Shown in pieces: positions 50,980 to 64,000 of a stretch of 64,000 bases of DNA. Origin of the DNA: Octopus vulgaris (taxonomy: Eukaryota). Position 1 is the first letter of the stretch. The number at the start of each line of letters is the position of its first letter. The stretch is taken from positions 81,468,001-81,532,000 of the forward strand of contig OX597816.1 of the NCBI GenBank assembly GCA_951406725.2. Direction: 5' to 3'. The notes below the pieces were generated by a model. The model made no database searches and was not told where the DNA came from. It was given only the letters and a program-made list of their open reading frames with translations. Position numbers and translations under genes: made by a program.

Positions 50980-51508
50980 TCACGTCAAGAGGCGTTGATC
51001 TGTATTTAATGTGTATTGTAAAGTGACAGGACAAGCAAGCACAGCTTCAGCACGAGCCCCTTCAAGTGTTACACAGTTAAGCTGTGGGACTAAACCCCCA
51101 ATTTCAGAAAGATGGCCACCTACTCTGTCCCCATCATCTATGCTATTACTATCTGTCGAGCCTAAGCCCGTATCAGATAACATTGAGTGTCGTAGAGCAA
51201 AATGTTCAGGATGTAATTCTAATACGGTCTTTGCACCACCAGAACCAATTCTTGTTCCTATACTGCTTCCAGCCATACTATCTTCATTGGTACCAATTTC
51301 AACCTCATTCATCACACTGTTTAACGGCAAATTCCGATGAAGTCGTTTATATTCTTTATCTCGGTCTTTTTCTTTTTGGCGCAGTTCATTATTCTGTTGA
51401 CGAGAGATTTTTCTTCGGATCCTATCCCGACGTCTTTCACGTTCTCTGTAGTTGGGATCAGCTCTCATCATGCGCATCCTTGCCTTGGCCTTCTCCTTTT
51501 CTTTTGCT
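50980..51508 (-). CDS. Minus-strand gene, terminal coding exon
   Basis: TTTTTAG|A GCA AAA...; AKEKEKAKARMRMMRADPNYRERERRRDRIRRKISR...TDQRLLT*. Confidence 0.9.
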
Positions 51509-52220
51509 CTAAAAATAAATTAATTGAATAAATAAATAAAATAAACACAAAAAGTAATTTAATTAATTTTAAATGAACTTGAGAAATAATATTAAACATC
51601 ATAAGTACCCATTTGAAACTGAAAGGAATAAGAGAGTCACTGAAGGGACTCAAACCACATATCTACTGCTTGCCACGCAATGAATCACATTAGCAGTTAC
51701 ACTACAGGGTATAACTGTTACAAAACTAGGTTTTAGCCTTCTAGCTAATGCTTTATATTAGTTGGCTGTAAACCAGTGTTGACTCAAGGCTAACTCCAGC
51801 TTTATAACAAAATTCAGCCCTTAAGACAGTAATATATCAAAATATAGTAAAATCAGAGGGTCACATATCGTAAATCTATCGTGACAAATCTTACAAGGAC
51901 TACTCAGCAGTAACAACTACAAAGAATCCTCAAGATCCTAACACCTTCAACAAGTACAAGAACAGCAACCTTAATGAAGCTGACTCAATGAGGAAACTTC
52001 TATTCTGTCACCCACCCTGCTAATAATAGCAGTCCAATTTCTCTCAAATGACACCATAACATTATGCGTGGCTCTGTGGTAAGTAGCTTGCTTACCAACC
52101 ACATGGTTCTCGGTTCAGTCCCACTGCATGGCACCTTGGGCAAGTGTCTTCTACCATAGTCTCGGGCCAACCAAAGCCTTGTGAGTAGATTTGGTAGATA
52201 GAAACTGAAAGAAGCCTGTC

Positions 52221-52262
<42 letters not shown>

Positions 52263-55200
52263 GTGTGTCCGTGTTTGTTCCCCCACCATCGCTTGACAAC
52301 CAATGCTGGTGTGTTTACATCCCTGTAACTTAGCAGTCTGGCAAAAGGGACTGACAGAAATAGGCTTACAAAGAATAAGTTCTGGGGTCAATTCGTTTGA
52401 CTAAAGGTGGTGCTCCAGCATGGCCACAGTCAGATGACTGGAACAAATAAAAGAATTGAAGAATGTAGTCCAAGACATTCAAAACTACAGATTTTTAGCA
52501 TTCAGGGTTGATGAACCAAAATAACTTCAACAAGGATAAGCACTGTCACGACATTAACCATGGCACCACAGAATAACAACACTATTTCTTGCAACAGAAC
52601 TTCCTTATTGATAAACAAACAAATAGGTCCAAAAAATGAAATCATCACCATCATCATCTAATATACATGTTCCATGCTGGTGTGAGTTGGATAGTTTCAA
52701 GTGGTTTAAGGACTACATCAAGTTCTAGTGTCTGCTTTGGCATGGTTTCTATGGCTGAATGCCCTTTCCAATGCAACCACTTTATAGCATGTACAGAGTG
52801 CTCTCATTTGTGCTACCAGCACTAGTGAAGTCACCATTCAGCTCACATGGCTATGAACCTCATGGAAGTGGAGGTTAGCTTTAAGCTAGGAGATGGATGA
52901 GATTTTAAAGTATAAGCAAAGGGGATAGAGCAGGCTCTTTTTGTAAAGGAGCTACATGACTACTCACGAGTTGAAGAAAGGGGTGAAAATAATCAGGTAA
53001 AGCTGTGATAAAATAAGAATTCATAAACCAGTTACAGTAGAACATACTTGCACTGTCAGATGTTAGAAAGTAAGTAATGCTTCATAGATGAGATTAATAT
53101 AGGGAAAGTAAGCCTCTATATGGTGTCTTGACCTGCCAGAAATAACAAACAAATCACCTTCAAATTACAGCCCATCGTCTAAAAGAAGAAGACAGACAGT
53201 AATGTAGTCCTAGTTATACTATGCTTGAAAAAAAGACAGGTACGGTCACAACTGGAATGCCTTCAATTGTAGTTTTGAAGAATCGGAGCTGAGTGAGAGC
53301 TAAACAACATTAGGATAAATCATTATTATCATTGTTTAATGTCCTCCTTCCATGTTGGCATGGGTTGGATGGCTTGACAGGAGCTGGCCAGGCAGAAGCC
53401 TGCACCATACTTTTATGTCTGTTTTGACATGTTTTTTTAAGCTGGATGCCCTTCCTAACACCAACCACTCTGCAGAGTGGATTGAGTGCTTTGTACGTGG
53501 CACCAGCACAGGTGAGGTCAGTTTTGACATGGTTTTTCCAGATGGATGCCCTTCCAAATGCCAACCACTTACAGTGTGGATTGGATGCTTTTTTAAGTAG
53601 CACCTGCACTGGCAGGGTCACCAAGTAACTTTGCAAGACAAGGAATTTTTGAGAGGGGAGGGGGCATAGGAGGATGTGATCTTGTGCCAGATGATGGAAG
53701 GTTAGAGTGTGACAGAAAGACAGAAACATGTCTTGCTGTAGAGGAGGTACATGGTTATCCAACTAGAGAAAGAGGGGGAGGAGAAAGAGAGGGTTAACAA
53801 GAAAGGGGAGAGAAACAGGTGTGCTGCTGTAAAGGAGATATATGATTACCTAGCAGGAGGGGAGAGCAAGAAAAGAAGAGAGAGTGATCAAGAATGAGGA
53901 CAGAAACAGGTGTGCTGCTGCAGAGGAGATACATGGTTACCTGAGAGAGATGGTGGGAGAAAGAGTTAACAAGAAAAAGGACAGGAATAGGTATGCTGCT
54001 GTAAAGGAGATACATGGTTACCTAGCAAGAGAAGGAGGGAGAGACAGTGATCAAGAATGAGGGCAAAAACAGGAGTGCTGCTGTAGAGGAGATACATGGT
54101 TACCCAGCAAGAGGGAAGAACAAGGAAAGAGAGAACATGCAGATAAATTGCTATTTATAAACAGCTGAAGAAAAATTCATTATCATCATCGTTTTAACAT
54201 CCACTTTTCCATGCTTCATATTATGAAGGAAAAGGTTGTTTTCAACTGAGACCTAACTATAGTTGATGGAATTAACAGATTGTGAGTTACTGAAATTAAC
54301 AAAATAAATATTGCAGAATGAGACAGAAGCAATTCTAAAAGATGAAGTCTTCAGTAACATGACATTGTTAGTAAATAAGAAAATTCTTATAAGCTACTAT
54401 CACTATGACCTGGCGTTGCTGGGTCATAGTGCTAGTGCATTCATATACAGCTGCGTGCGTGCGCACATATACGTGGGTACTGTCCAAATCTCCGACCAAT
54501 CACATACAGCTAGCTGGCATATCAAATTTCGGGCATTTTGATTGGGTTTTGGATAGAAAATTCACAAAAAAGTCACTTCTATTGATTTTTTAATGGCTTT
54601 GCGGGGTGACTGGCGAAATGTAAAGATGTGCACGACCACCCTTGGACGGTTTTGAATGATCATAGAAAGTGTGAGCCTCTAACTGAAAAATTGTGGATTT
54701 GTATAAAGGACACACACACACACAGACATTTTGCCGTTTATATATAGAGAGATTATTGCTATCAACGTTGATAAAAGCACGAATGTTATACTAATTCCCT
54801 ACATCTACATTGTACCTCTAAATAGAAATTGTTTTAAGAGAAGGGAAATAACAATGAGAACATTAAGTTTGAACCACAAAACGTTGCCAACAGAGTGGTC
54901 TACCTTACCTGTACATCGGATTCGCTCTCTGTTCACGTTTCTTGATTTTGTCACGTTCGCGTTTCATCATATCTTTTGATAGCACGTTATTTTCTTCCAT
55001 GGTATCGGCTGGTACTAGTTGCATGCCACCATCACCAACATATACAATTGACATTCCTTTGGTCATAGGGTGGCCACCTCCAACACAAGGATCAATATTT
55101 CTGTAAGGACAATGACAAAATAACAAAATTATTCTTTAAATTGGAACTTAAGAATTTACTGACAATCAAAACCAAAACTTGAATGAAAAATAAGACAATT

Positions 55201-57752
55201 TTTTTCTTTATATATTGTTGTTAGATGTTAGGCACAGGTGTGGCTGTGTGATTAAGAAGCTTACTTCTCAACCATGTAGTCTTGAGTTCAGTCCCATTGT
55301 GCTGCGTTGTGAGCAAACAACTTTTATTATAGCCCCAGGCCAATCAAAACCTTGTGAATGGATTTGGTAGATGGAAACTGAAAGAAGCCTATCTTATATG
55401 TGTGTGTATATATACAGACGTGTGTGTCTATGAGAACCCTTGTCCTTAAATTCACATGATGGTGGTAAATGAGCATCACTGTTACACAAGCAACGTTATT
55501 CACTTCTGTGCTTCTGCAGAAAAACACATCTGGTCATGGGAAATATTAACTAGTTTGCAAACAAGTGAGGGTTGGTGACAAGGATGGCACAGAAAATCTG
55601 CCTCAACAAATTCCATCTGACCAATGCAAGCATAGAAAGGTGGACATATGATGATGATGATGATTGAAACTGAGTAATCTGAATTCAAGCCAAACTTCTA
55701 AAATAGAAATAATGTTTGAAATTTTTATGATAATACTAATTGAATTTGTTTTCAAATTACATATTTTACACTTGATATCTACTTTCTTTTGTTTAAGTTC
55801 AAATCTGATTTTATTAAAAGGTGTTTCAGTCATGATCTACTGCATTTCTATTATGACTATTCTCTTTATAAGAATATGACAAATTCTAAATTATTGCCAG
55901 ATGTTAGACACAGTGGGTGATAGAAGTGACAGAGCACCAGACAAAAAAAGAATACCTTGTGATACTTAGTTACATCTCTTTATATTCTGAATTTAACTTG
56001 CATCCAGGTTGTCTTTGCTTTTCATCCTTTCAGGATTGATGAATCAAATGCACACTTCCTCCAAAATTTGTGGCTTTGTTGATATATTAAATCATCATCA
56101 TCATCATCAATTTTATGTTTGCTTTCTATATTTGGATGAGTTGATATACTTCAGTTCTTATTAGCAGCCACTACCTTCACAAACTGTTCTCAGTCCAAAT
56201 TCTGTTATAGTCAAATTTGCAATCCATCCTTCTGAGCCTCAGTAACATAAACGCAACTCAAGTATTAGGCTAGAATACTTATGGCCTCATGCCAATGCTT
56301 ACAACTATCATTATTAGTATGATGATATGGCAGAGGTAATAAAACATATGACAAAATGTCTGTGGGATTTAGTTTCATCCCTTTACATTCAGAATTCAAA
56401 TCCCACCAGAGTTAAGTTTGCCTTTCATTCTTTGAGGAACAATAAGTACTAGTCAAGTACTGAAGTCAATTTATTTAACAGACCCACCCACAAAATGTGA
56501 GGCTTCGTGCCTATGTAACAAATATGATAAATGTTACTATTGGGATAGTAAAATGATAAAAATGTTAGAGTACTTAACTGGATACCTTATAGAAAAGTTG
56601 AGGGATAGAAATGGCCTTCTAGTACCCAATTGGATGCCTTATAGCAGATCCACCAAACCAATTTTTGCATCATGAACTGGTTTCATGCAAGACAATTTTG
56701 TCATTGACCAGAGGATCATGTGCATAACAAAATACAATAAATACATATATATTGTATAAATAATACATATAAAATGCAAAAACACCCAGAAGATTGCAAT
56801 AGTCAATAAAATAGACATAAAATTTTACAATTTATTATTTCTGTGTAGCCTGGTACCAAATGATCCACAGCCCAGTACTAGCCTGTGGCTTGATAGTTGG
56901 GAACCCCTGCCATACAGAACAGTGGATGGGTAAAAATATTAAAGAGCTTAACTAGATGTCTTGTACTGTTTACTTGCATTTATTTTCTTTCTTAATTCAA
57001 ATCTCATGGAGACTTACTTAGCCTTTCATATACAAAGACCAATTTAAAAGGCAGTTTCATCCCTCAAAATTTAAGTGCATTTGTCAAAGAAATTATTATT
57101 GTTATAGTAATACTGAGTTCAAATTTCACCAAGGTTAACTTTGCCTTTCATTCTTTTGGTGTATTTAGAACTACATTATCCAATGTATCAATTTTTAAGA
57201 CAGTAGAATGTTACCTTACAAAAGTTTGGCTACTATTTCTAGTAAGCCAAGTTAACATATATAGACTCCATTGTTGGCCCATGGATAAGTAAATAGGTCT
57301 TATGACATATATGTCTTCCCAGGGGCAATAGTGGAATAACTGAAATAGCTATATCCAAAAATTAAATCAATGTCATATACTTAGATTGCTACTAGTGCTA
57401 TGGTGTTTGCCACTATAAAATGATTAAGATAAAAAGCATTATGGAAGTGCATTTCATATGACCTACCTCTCTGGAGCAATGGGGTGAGATGAGATGCCAG
57501 AATCCCTTTGTGCTAGAAACGCTTGCAAGGTCTGGGTTTCTAGAATTTCCACCAAATCTTCAGCCTGGATAACTTTATTACCAACTTTGCTATCATCATC
57601 TAACATCAAGTAGCTGGAGTCAATAGTTCCCTTTGAACAGTTGTCCACTTGAGTCAGACGTTTTGACGCGAGGGCAGCACTAAGTAATTTGTTGCCATCA
57701 AGTGAGCTGGTTTCTACAACAGTTTCAGCACCAAGAGTATCAGGAACACAAC
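50980..57752 (-). CDS. Uncharacterised protein with basic 21-aa helical repeats; last three coding exons only (5' end not found)
   Basis: Exons 57752-57467, 55100-54909 and 51508-50980 have polypyrimidine-AG acceptors, GTAGGT/GTAAGG donors and matching phase 2 junctions, giving a stop-free frame of ~335 aa. Confidence 0.88.
52066..52462 (+). mobile_element. tRNA-derived SINE (family also at 55230-55660, 57820-57962, and 60891-61110 on minus)
   Basis: GTGGCTCTGTGGTAAG...GGTTCAGTCCCACTG...CCAAAGCCTTGTGAGT.GATTTGGTAGA..GAAACTGAAAGAAGCC. Confidence 0.8.
53720..54112. repeat. Imperfect tandem array, 5 units of ~80-90 bp
   Basis: Core GAAACAGGTGTGCTGCTGTA.AGGAGATACATGGTTACC recurs near 53723, 53812, 53903, 53985 and 54067, with purine-rich spacers. 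Confidence 0.85.
54432..54751 (-). mobile_element. Non-autonomous Helitron-like element
   Basis: Minus strand begins TCTCTCTATATATAAACGGCAAAATGTCTG (as 5164-5550) and ends with GC-rich GTGCGCACGCACGCAGC...CTAG. Confidence 0.65.
54909..55100 (-). CDS. Minus-strand gene, internal exon (192 nt)
   Basis: CTTACAG|A AAT ATT...; NIDPCVGGGHPMTKGMSIVYVGDGGMQLVPADTMEENNVLSKDMMKRERDKIKKREQRANPMYR; AG|GTAAGG. Confidence 0.9.
57467..57752 (-). CDS. Minus-strand gene, internal exon (286 nt, phase 1 start)
   Basis: TTTTAG|GT TGT GTT...; CVPDTLGAETVVETSS...DSGISSHPIAPER; AG|GTAGGT. Confidence 0.82.
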
Positions 57753-59006
57753 CTAAAATGCAAAACAATTATATTATATTATAATTATTATCAAATGAAT
57801 ACCAAAAATTGCCATCAGTTAGGCACAGGCATGGCCATGCTTATATTGGTGTGCTTTCCAACCACCTGGTTCAGGTTTCAGTCCCACTGCAAGGCACCTT
57901 CAGCTAGTGTCTTCTACTATAGCTGAACAAAGCCTTGGGTGGATTTGGTAGACAGAAACTGAAATTTGTTTTTTCAACGCATGACTGAACAAATGACCCT
58001 GGAATTAAAGGCACACACCACACACACGCAGGACCATATGTATATTGACACTTGTATACTTCATTATTTCTCTGAGACTGCGAAAGCTGGTCTTTACGAA
58101 CAAACAAGAAATGTTCTAAAATGTAAATTTTGAACTTAGCTGTAGTTATAAAATTACATCTCACAACAGTTAAAAACATTTCTTCTTTGGCTTTTGAATT
58201 ATTGCATATATCTTCAAATGCTTTTCATTAAATTAAAATTTTTTTCTTTCTTTCTTTTGCCTTTATTTACAATTTTTTTTTTTTTTTACCAAAAAGGCTT
58301 CTCTTGTGGTTATTAAGTGTATAGTGCCAAGAAAAATAAACCCTGGCCAATATCAGCCAAGAGGAAGGGGCTGAGATGAAAAAAAAAATCATAAATTTTC
58401 AATAACATTTTTCATAAAAAGTCTACCACCACCACCACCACATCACCATGAAGACCTGAGTGGAAAATGAAATTGGAAAAATCCCCATCAAAACGGAGAA
58501 AATTAAACTTATATGGGCATCCTGATCTGAAACTCCACCTCAATTTCTTCTCTTTAACTGCATGATGCGTAAATATATTGATTTTCATTGTTTATCTACA
58601 AATTCAGACATTGAAAGTATATAGAGCAGAAATAATAAAGACACAAAAAGGTTACAATATTTCATTTTAATGGTTGTCAAACCATTTCTTGAAGGTAAAA
58701 ATATCTCAGTAGATAATGTTCCAAATTTTGTTTTTTATCTCCTGCATAAAAAGTGATAATATATAGTTGTGAAGGTGAATAATACTATTTATCTGGTTTT
58801 AAGTTATATCAACCATTCAACCAGCATGGTTAAACAGTAAATAAAATATTATTTTAAAAATACATAATCCAAGTATATTTATCCTAGTAATCCTAATAAT
58901 GTATTTGTATTTATGTATAGAAAATTGTATATGTTCATTTTTTCCAATGAGAGGTATTTTTAATTAAGTTTTAAATTTTAATATCTGGAATATTACCCCT
59001 AACAGC

Positions 59007-62000
59007 ATGGAAAAGAAAATGCATACATGTGGTTCACTGAAATGCAAAGAGCAACAAGAAGCAGACAGGCAGGAAACAGCCAAGTGGTGCAGATGTATTA
59101 CAGATTTTATAATACCACAACCACCATCCACACCAATGTCCAGTTCTGCAACAAATAACCAAGAAGCAAGAAACAATACTCATGGTGATGATGCAGTGAC
59201 ATGTGAATTGCAAGAACAAGGAAGAGTTACTTTGAATGTAGAGAGAAATACAAGTGCATCCTTTCCAAATCAACCCAGTTCCAGTACTATTTCTAGCTCC
59301 ATTGTTCCAGTATCTGTACTACCTGTAGTTGCAACGTCTGAGGACATAGCTTCATCTAGTGACAGGGAATCAGATATTATTTCAAGCATAAATGACTTGG
59401 TTTCTGAAGCACGTCTGAATCTACACAAGAAAATGAAAGATCAACTACTGGATTCTTCCAATATCAATCACAAGCAATTCTGAAACAGTTTTTTTGTTGA
59501 ACATCTATTTCAGCCACTTGATGATCTACCATTTCATGCTCATCTGTATGAGAGGAAAATTACGAATGGTTCAATCCTAAGAAAATGGCTAACATATAAC
59601 AAAGAAAATATATACTTATAATGTTCATACTGCATAGCCTTTGAGTCTTCCAACACTTGTAATCTTCACCCTTTGTATGTGGTTTTAGTGACTACAGTCA
59701 TATTAGCCAGAGCTTGGCTTTACACAAATCAACAACAACACATGTTAGAAATGCTCAGCAATATATCAGTGTGGTTAATGATGGCACCATAGAAAATCTT
59801 TTGGCAGCATCATTAATTAAAAGGAAAGAAGTATTGAAGCAGAGAAGTATTGTCATGAGGATTATAGACATCATAAAGATGTTAAACAAGCAAACACTTC
59901 CTTTTTGAGGTCACAGAAACAAATCAGCCTACACTCTGGATAATGAGGTTCTGAATCATGGCAATTTTTTAGCTACAGTGAAGTTGATGGCAAAATATGA
60001 TACCATTATGGCAGTTCACGTTTCTGCAGTGCAAAATAAGTCCAAACAAAGACTCAAATGATTAGAACCACAAGGAAAGGCTTGAAGTAATGGCCATGGT
60101 GGACTTGTTACATACCTGAGTAAAACAACTATCAATATATTAATCCAAATTATGAAGAATATGATACAAGAAAGAATTGGTCATGAAGTTTTCCCAAGCA
60201 ATATATTATTCTATTCAAGTTGATTCAACAAGATAATTCATCCATCAATCAGTTTAGCATTATTATTCGGTATGTGCTTAAAGGTGTTATCAGCAAGTGA
60301 CTACTTTCAGTTATGCCAAGTAATGATGGTACTGGACAGGGACTTTTTGACCTATTGACTGAAATGTTATGGCATCTTAGAATTGACCCCAAAAAATGTT
60401 TATCTGATACTACAGATGGCACTGCAAGCTACCATGGGCAGCATAATGGTTTACAAAGTAAAATTGCTGCTGTGGCAGATCAACATGTTCATATATGATG
60501 CTGTGCCCATGTCTTGAATTTGGTGATAACTGAGACAACAAAATGTTGTGTACCTAAAGTTTCTTTTTTCAATTTGCTCCAGAATTTAGCAACTTTTGTG
60601 AAAATATCATATAAGAGAATGGCTGTATGGATAGAAGTTGTTGGAAAATATCTAGGACAAGAAAAAATGAAACAACTGAAGCTAATTGGTGAGACCAGAT
60701 GGACAAGAAAATCCAACACAGCAACAACTATATTGGAACGTTTTGATGATGCCAATGTCAGTACTTTTGTAAATCTATTGACATGCTTATCAATGATACA
60801 AGATTCAGACTAGTTTGATGCCAAAACAAAACATGAATATTTTACTTCGAAGTCTTCTAAAGTTTGAAACCATATTGACAGCAATTACATATCATCATCA
60901 CCCCTCTCTCTCTCTCGGAGAGGCACAAGCACCTACACACATATATACACACACGGCAGTAACTTCCACCTACCAAATTCAATCACAAAGCTTTGGTTGG
61001 CCTGGGACTATAGCAGAAGACACTTGCCCAAAGTGCCATGCAGTGGGACTGAACCCAAAACCATGTAGCTGGGAAGCAAGCTTCAGCCACACAGCCATGC
61101 CCGCACCTACAGACATACTTGTATATATTTGAAACTATAGCCCTGTTATCAAGTTATCTACAGACAAGTGGGTTAGATATGTTAACTGCATGGGGTTTAG
61201 TAGATTCAGCTACAACAAAGTTGAAGGAACAGACAAGAACATTTGATACTGTTCACAGCAAGGCTTTGGAATTTCACAGATGAATATGGATGAAAATCAA
61301 ACATTGGAAATTGACGCTTGGGAAACAGTGTTGCCAGTTAAAAGGCAGAGGAAGAAGAAAAGAATGGCAGATGAGCTGGTTAATGACAAAGAAAGTTTCT
61401 CAGATTCTCTAGCTGATTTTTTGAGTAAATGTGTTAAACCTAATAATGGATTGCATTATCAAGTCACTAGAATCAAAATTTGTACAGCACAAACAGTTGT
61501 ATGAAGATTTATCCTGCTTGAATCCAGCTAAGTTTAAAACTATCACAGAGAAGGGCCTTGAAGTTGAAGCACTAGAAGGTATTATTAAGTTGTTTCCACA
61601 AATCAGCAAAGATCAAATAATATTGGAATTGTCTTCTTTTGCTTCAAATTTTGATTTATTAAAACTATTGTTTAACAATGGTGAGAATATGGGTTCCAGT
61701 TGCAACAACTGTAAAATTTGCAGTACTTGCCCACTGTGTATACTAAAAATTCTGGTATCCAACAGACTTCATGACAAGGCATATAATAACCTTTATAAAC
61801 TTTATAAAATCATCTGCACACTATCAGTTACCTAAGTCCAATGTAAGAGTACATTTTCAAAGCTAAAGATCATAAAGACAAAGATAAGAAGTTCACTGTC
61901 TGAGGAGAACTTGGAAGCATACAAGTTGCTAGCCACTGAAAATGAATTGTAAGATGAATTGGATTCAGAAGCAATTATTAATACATTCACACAATCATTT

Positions 62001-62028
62001 AGTGAACTCAAATGATTGCTCTTAATAT
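59007..62028 (+). mobile_element. hAT-superfamily transposase fossil (ZMYM1/DUF4371-like with hATC dimerisation domain), interrupted by a SINE at ~60891-61110
   Basis: RKWLTYNKE..CSYC, GHRN..NHGNFL, YLSKTTIN, YYSIQVDS, DGTASYHG, CCAHVLNLV, ETRWT, FSKLKIIKTKIRSSLSEENL; numerous stops/frameshifts; TIRs not identified. Confidence 0.9.
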
Positions 62029-62856
62029 AGAGGATTGTAATACAAGTTTTGTACATTTGATCTATCTGTTAATGTGTAAAGTGTGCAGTACAAGTAAGCT
62101 ATTTTAAAATATCCACTAATTATTTAAAACTTTAAGAAAGTGGTACATGTGTAATATATACTGCTATTTTGAAAATGTTATAAGGGTTTTAAAAAAAAAA
62201 AGTAATGGCAAGAGCAGGGAAAAAGAATAATAGAAGAAAGTAAAATACTAAAAATTGAAGAAATCAAAATCATGTAAATTTATCCTTTATTTTTTAGATA
62301 GGCTGGAGCAATTGAAGCAGTAGTGATAGGATTCTTGGCATATGTACATTTAATTAAAAACAATATATGAACAGGTTGTTTGAAAGAAATCTCTTTCGTA
62401 AAGAGCAAACAAACAAATGATGTATACATATGAATACGTGGTATTGGCTACAATGCCGTGATTTTCATAAGAAAATATAGCTATTTCTTTGACAGTAAAA
62501 AGTCATCATTAAAAATAATGAAATTGATTTATAGACTTATTGGTCTTTATTTTCAGTTTGGTTAAACATTATCAAAATAACAGTACACATCCAAAATAAA
62601 CAGCATACTATATATTCATCAAAGTATTTATTTAAAAATTCAATCTGAATTTACAATTGGTATTACTGTATACTGCCAGTAATATGTACAATACATGTAC
62701 ATTGTAATTATTGAAAAATATGCATAAATTGCACCTTTTTGTTTCCGCTTATGGATTTTTAAAAAAATTTATTTATTTGTTATAAAAATTAAATTATAGC
62801 ATTGTAGTTGTAGGTGGGCAACCAATATCTTTAGACACAGTCTGCTACACCGTGTA

Positions 62857-62917
<61 letters not shown>

Positions 62918-63107
62918 CATCCACTACACTCTCGGAGCGGTTGGCGTTAGGAAGGGCATCCAGCTGTAGAAACTCTGTCAGATCAAGATTGGAGCCTGAT
63001 GCAGCCATCTGGTTCACCAGCCCTCAGTCAAATCATCCAACCCATGCTAGCATGGAAAACGGATGTTAAACGATGATGATGATGATGATGATGATGATAT
63101 ATATATG

Positions 63108-63131
63108 TTAGGGTTAGGGTTAGGGTTAGGG
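63108..63131 (+). repeat. Short interstitial telomeric repeat (TTAGGG)4
   Basis: Four perfect TTAGGG units after a SINE (ATG)n/TA tail. Confidence 0.9.
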
Positions 63132-64000
63132 TTGATAATGAAACAATGGAAATAAATGTAGAGAAACTGAAGTATCATTATCATCATCATTTAATGTCTA
63201 CCTTCCATGCTAGCATGGTTTAGAAAGAAATAAGCTGATCCAAAAGTATTCAATTTAAAGACTGAGTGAAATTGTTATTTATCCCCATGTTGACCCTTAA
63301 TAAACAGGCCTATGATCAAAAGCTTTCCAGCCATGACTATTCCCATTTTTTGTGTAAATTCAGAACCCCGTTATCTGTGTTCTTCCATTTTTAGACAGTA
63401 GATGGTGATTTGAGGGAGATTTGGTTGCTAGTTCAAGCAAGTTGAGCAACCACATAGAGGCTGAATTCTAGTTGGCTCGATCGAACAAAATGGATGTAGA
63501 TGATAATGACAACAACAATGATGATGACTGACACAACATGCTGGGCACGTAAAAAGCACCCACTACACTCTTGGAGTGGTTGGCGTTAGGAAGGGCATCC
63601 AGCTATAGAAACTCTGCCAGATCAAGATTGGAGCCTGGTGCAGCCATCTGGTTCACCAGCCCTCAGTCAAAACCGTCCAACCCATGCTAGCATGGAAAGT
63701 GGACGTTAAACGATGATGATGATGATGAAGAAGAAGACCACAGCCACATATAACTGAATCAACACTTAAAATCTACACACATACCAGAAGGAAATATATC
63801 TTTATCACTATTCTTCTATCAGTGTAGGGGAATAATCAGGAAGAGTTCAGTACCTTGTCCAAAGAACTATACCATTTCAATAGCTTTGTATGTGCTCCCG
63901 ACTCATCTAATCAACCACTGAAAACTATGTCTTGCTTCTAAATTCACAAATGATCAAAACTTATTGTTCAGTTACTTTTCTAGCCATAGGCTGGACTTAA

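Noticed and set aside
51011-51512. Plus-strand ORFs 51011-51340 and 51084-51512
   Set aside because: Antisense shadows of the minus-strand exon.
53720-54112. CRISPR-like array
   Set aside because: Eukaryotic intron, degenerate repeats, mutually similar purine-rich spacers, no cas genes.
59007-59483. 158-aa ORF as an independent gene or domesticated ZMYM1-like gene
   Set aside because: It is the N-terminal part of the hAT transposase, whose remainder has many stops and frameshifts.

Overview
AT-rich, microsatellite- and transposon-dense eukaryotic (metazoan) genomic DNA. The SINE families and repeat landscape resemble an octopod cephalopod; this is inference from recall, not a database search. 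The main gene is a complete 12-exon PDIA6/P5 protein disulfide isomerase on + (23190-45325, 440 aa by manual splicing). It has a signal peptide, two WCGHC thioredoxin domains, a Gly-rich linker and a C-terminal KSEL. Its promoter carries a perfect ERSE (CCAAT-N9-CCACG) next to a UPRE. A convergent minus-strand gene (last three coding exons, 57752-50980; 5' end not located) encodes an uncharacterised protein with a 21-aa-periodic basic helical repeat. The rest is decayed RTE, R4/Dong-like and CR1/L2 LINEs, a full-length mariner, a hAT fossil, a Gypsy integrase remnant, Helitron-like non-autonomous elements, MITEs and many SINEs. The most unusual signal is a 536-bp insertion in PDIA6 intron 2 flanked by a target-site duplication. 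It is built from inverted, circularly permuted copies of a ~348-nt unit carrying a minimal hammerhead ribozyme motif (Penelope-like/retrozyme-like). Three further unrelated minimal hammerhead-like motifs occur elsewhere in the window. All coordinates were counted by hand; TE boundaries are approximate.
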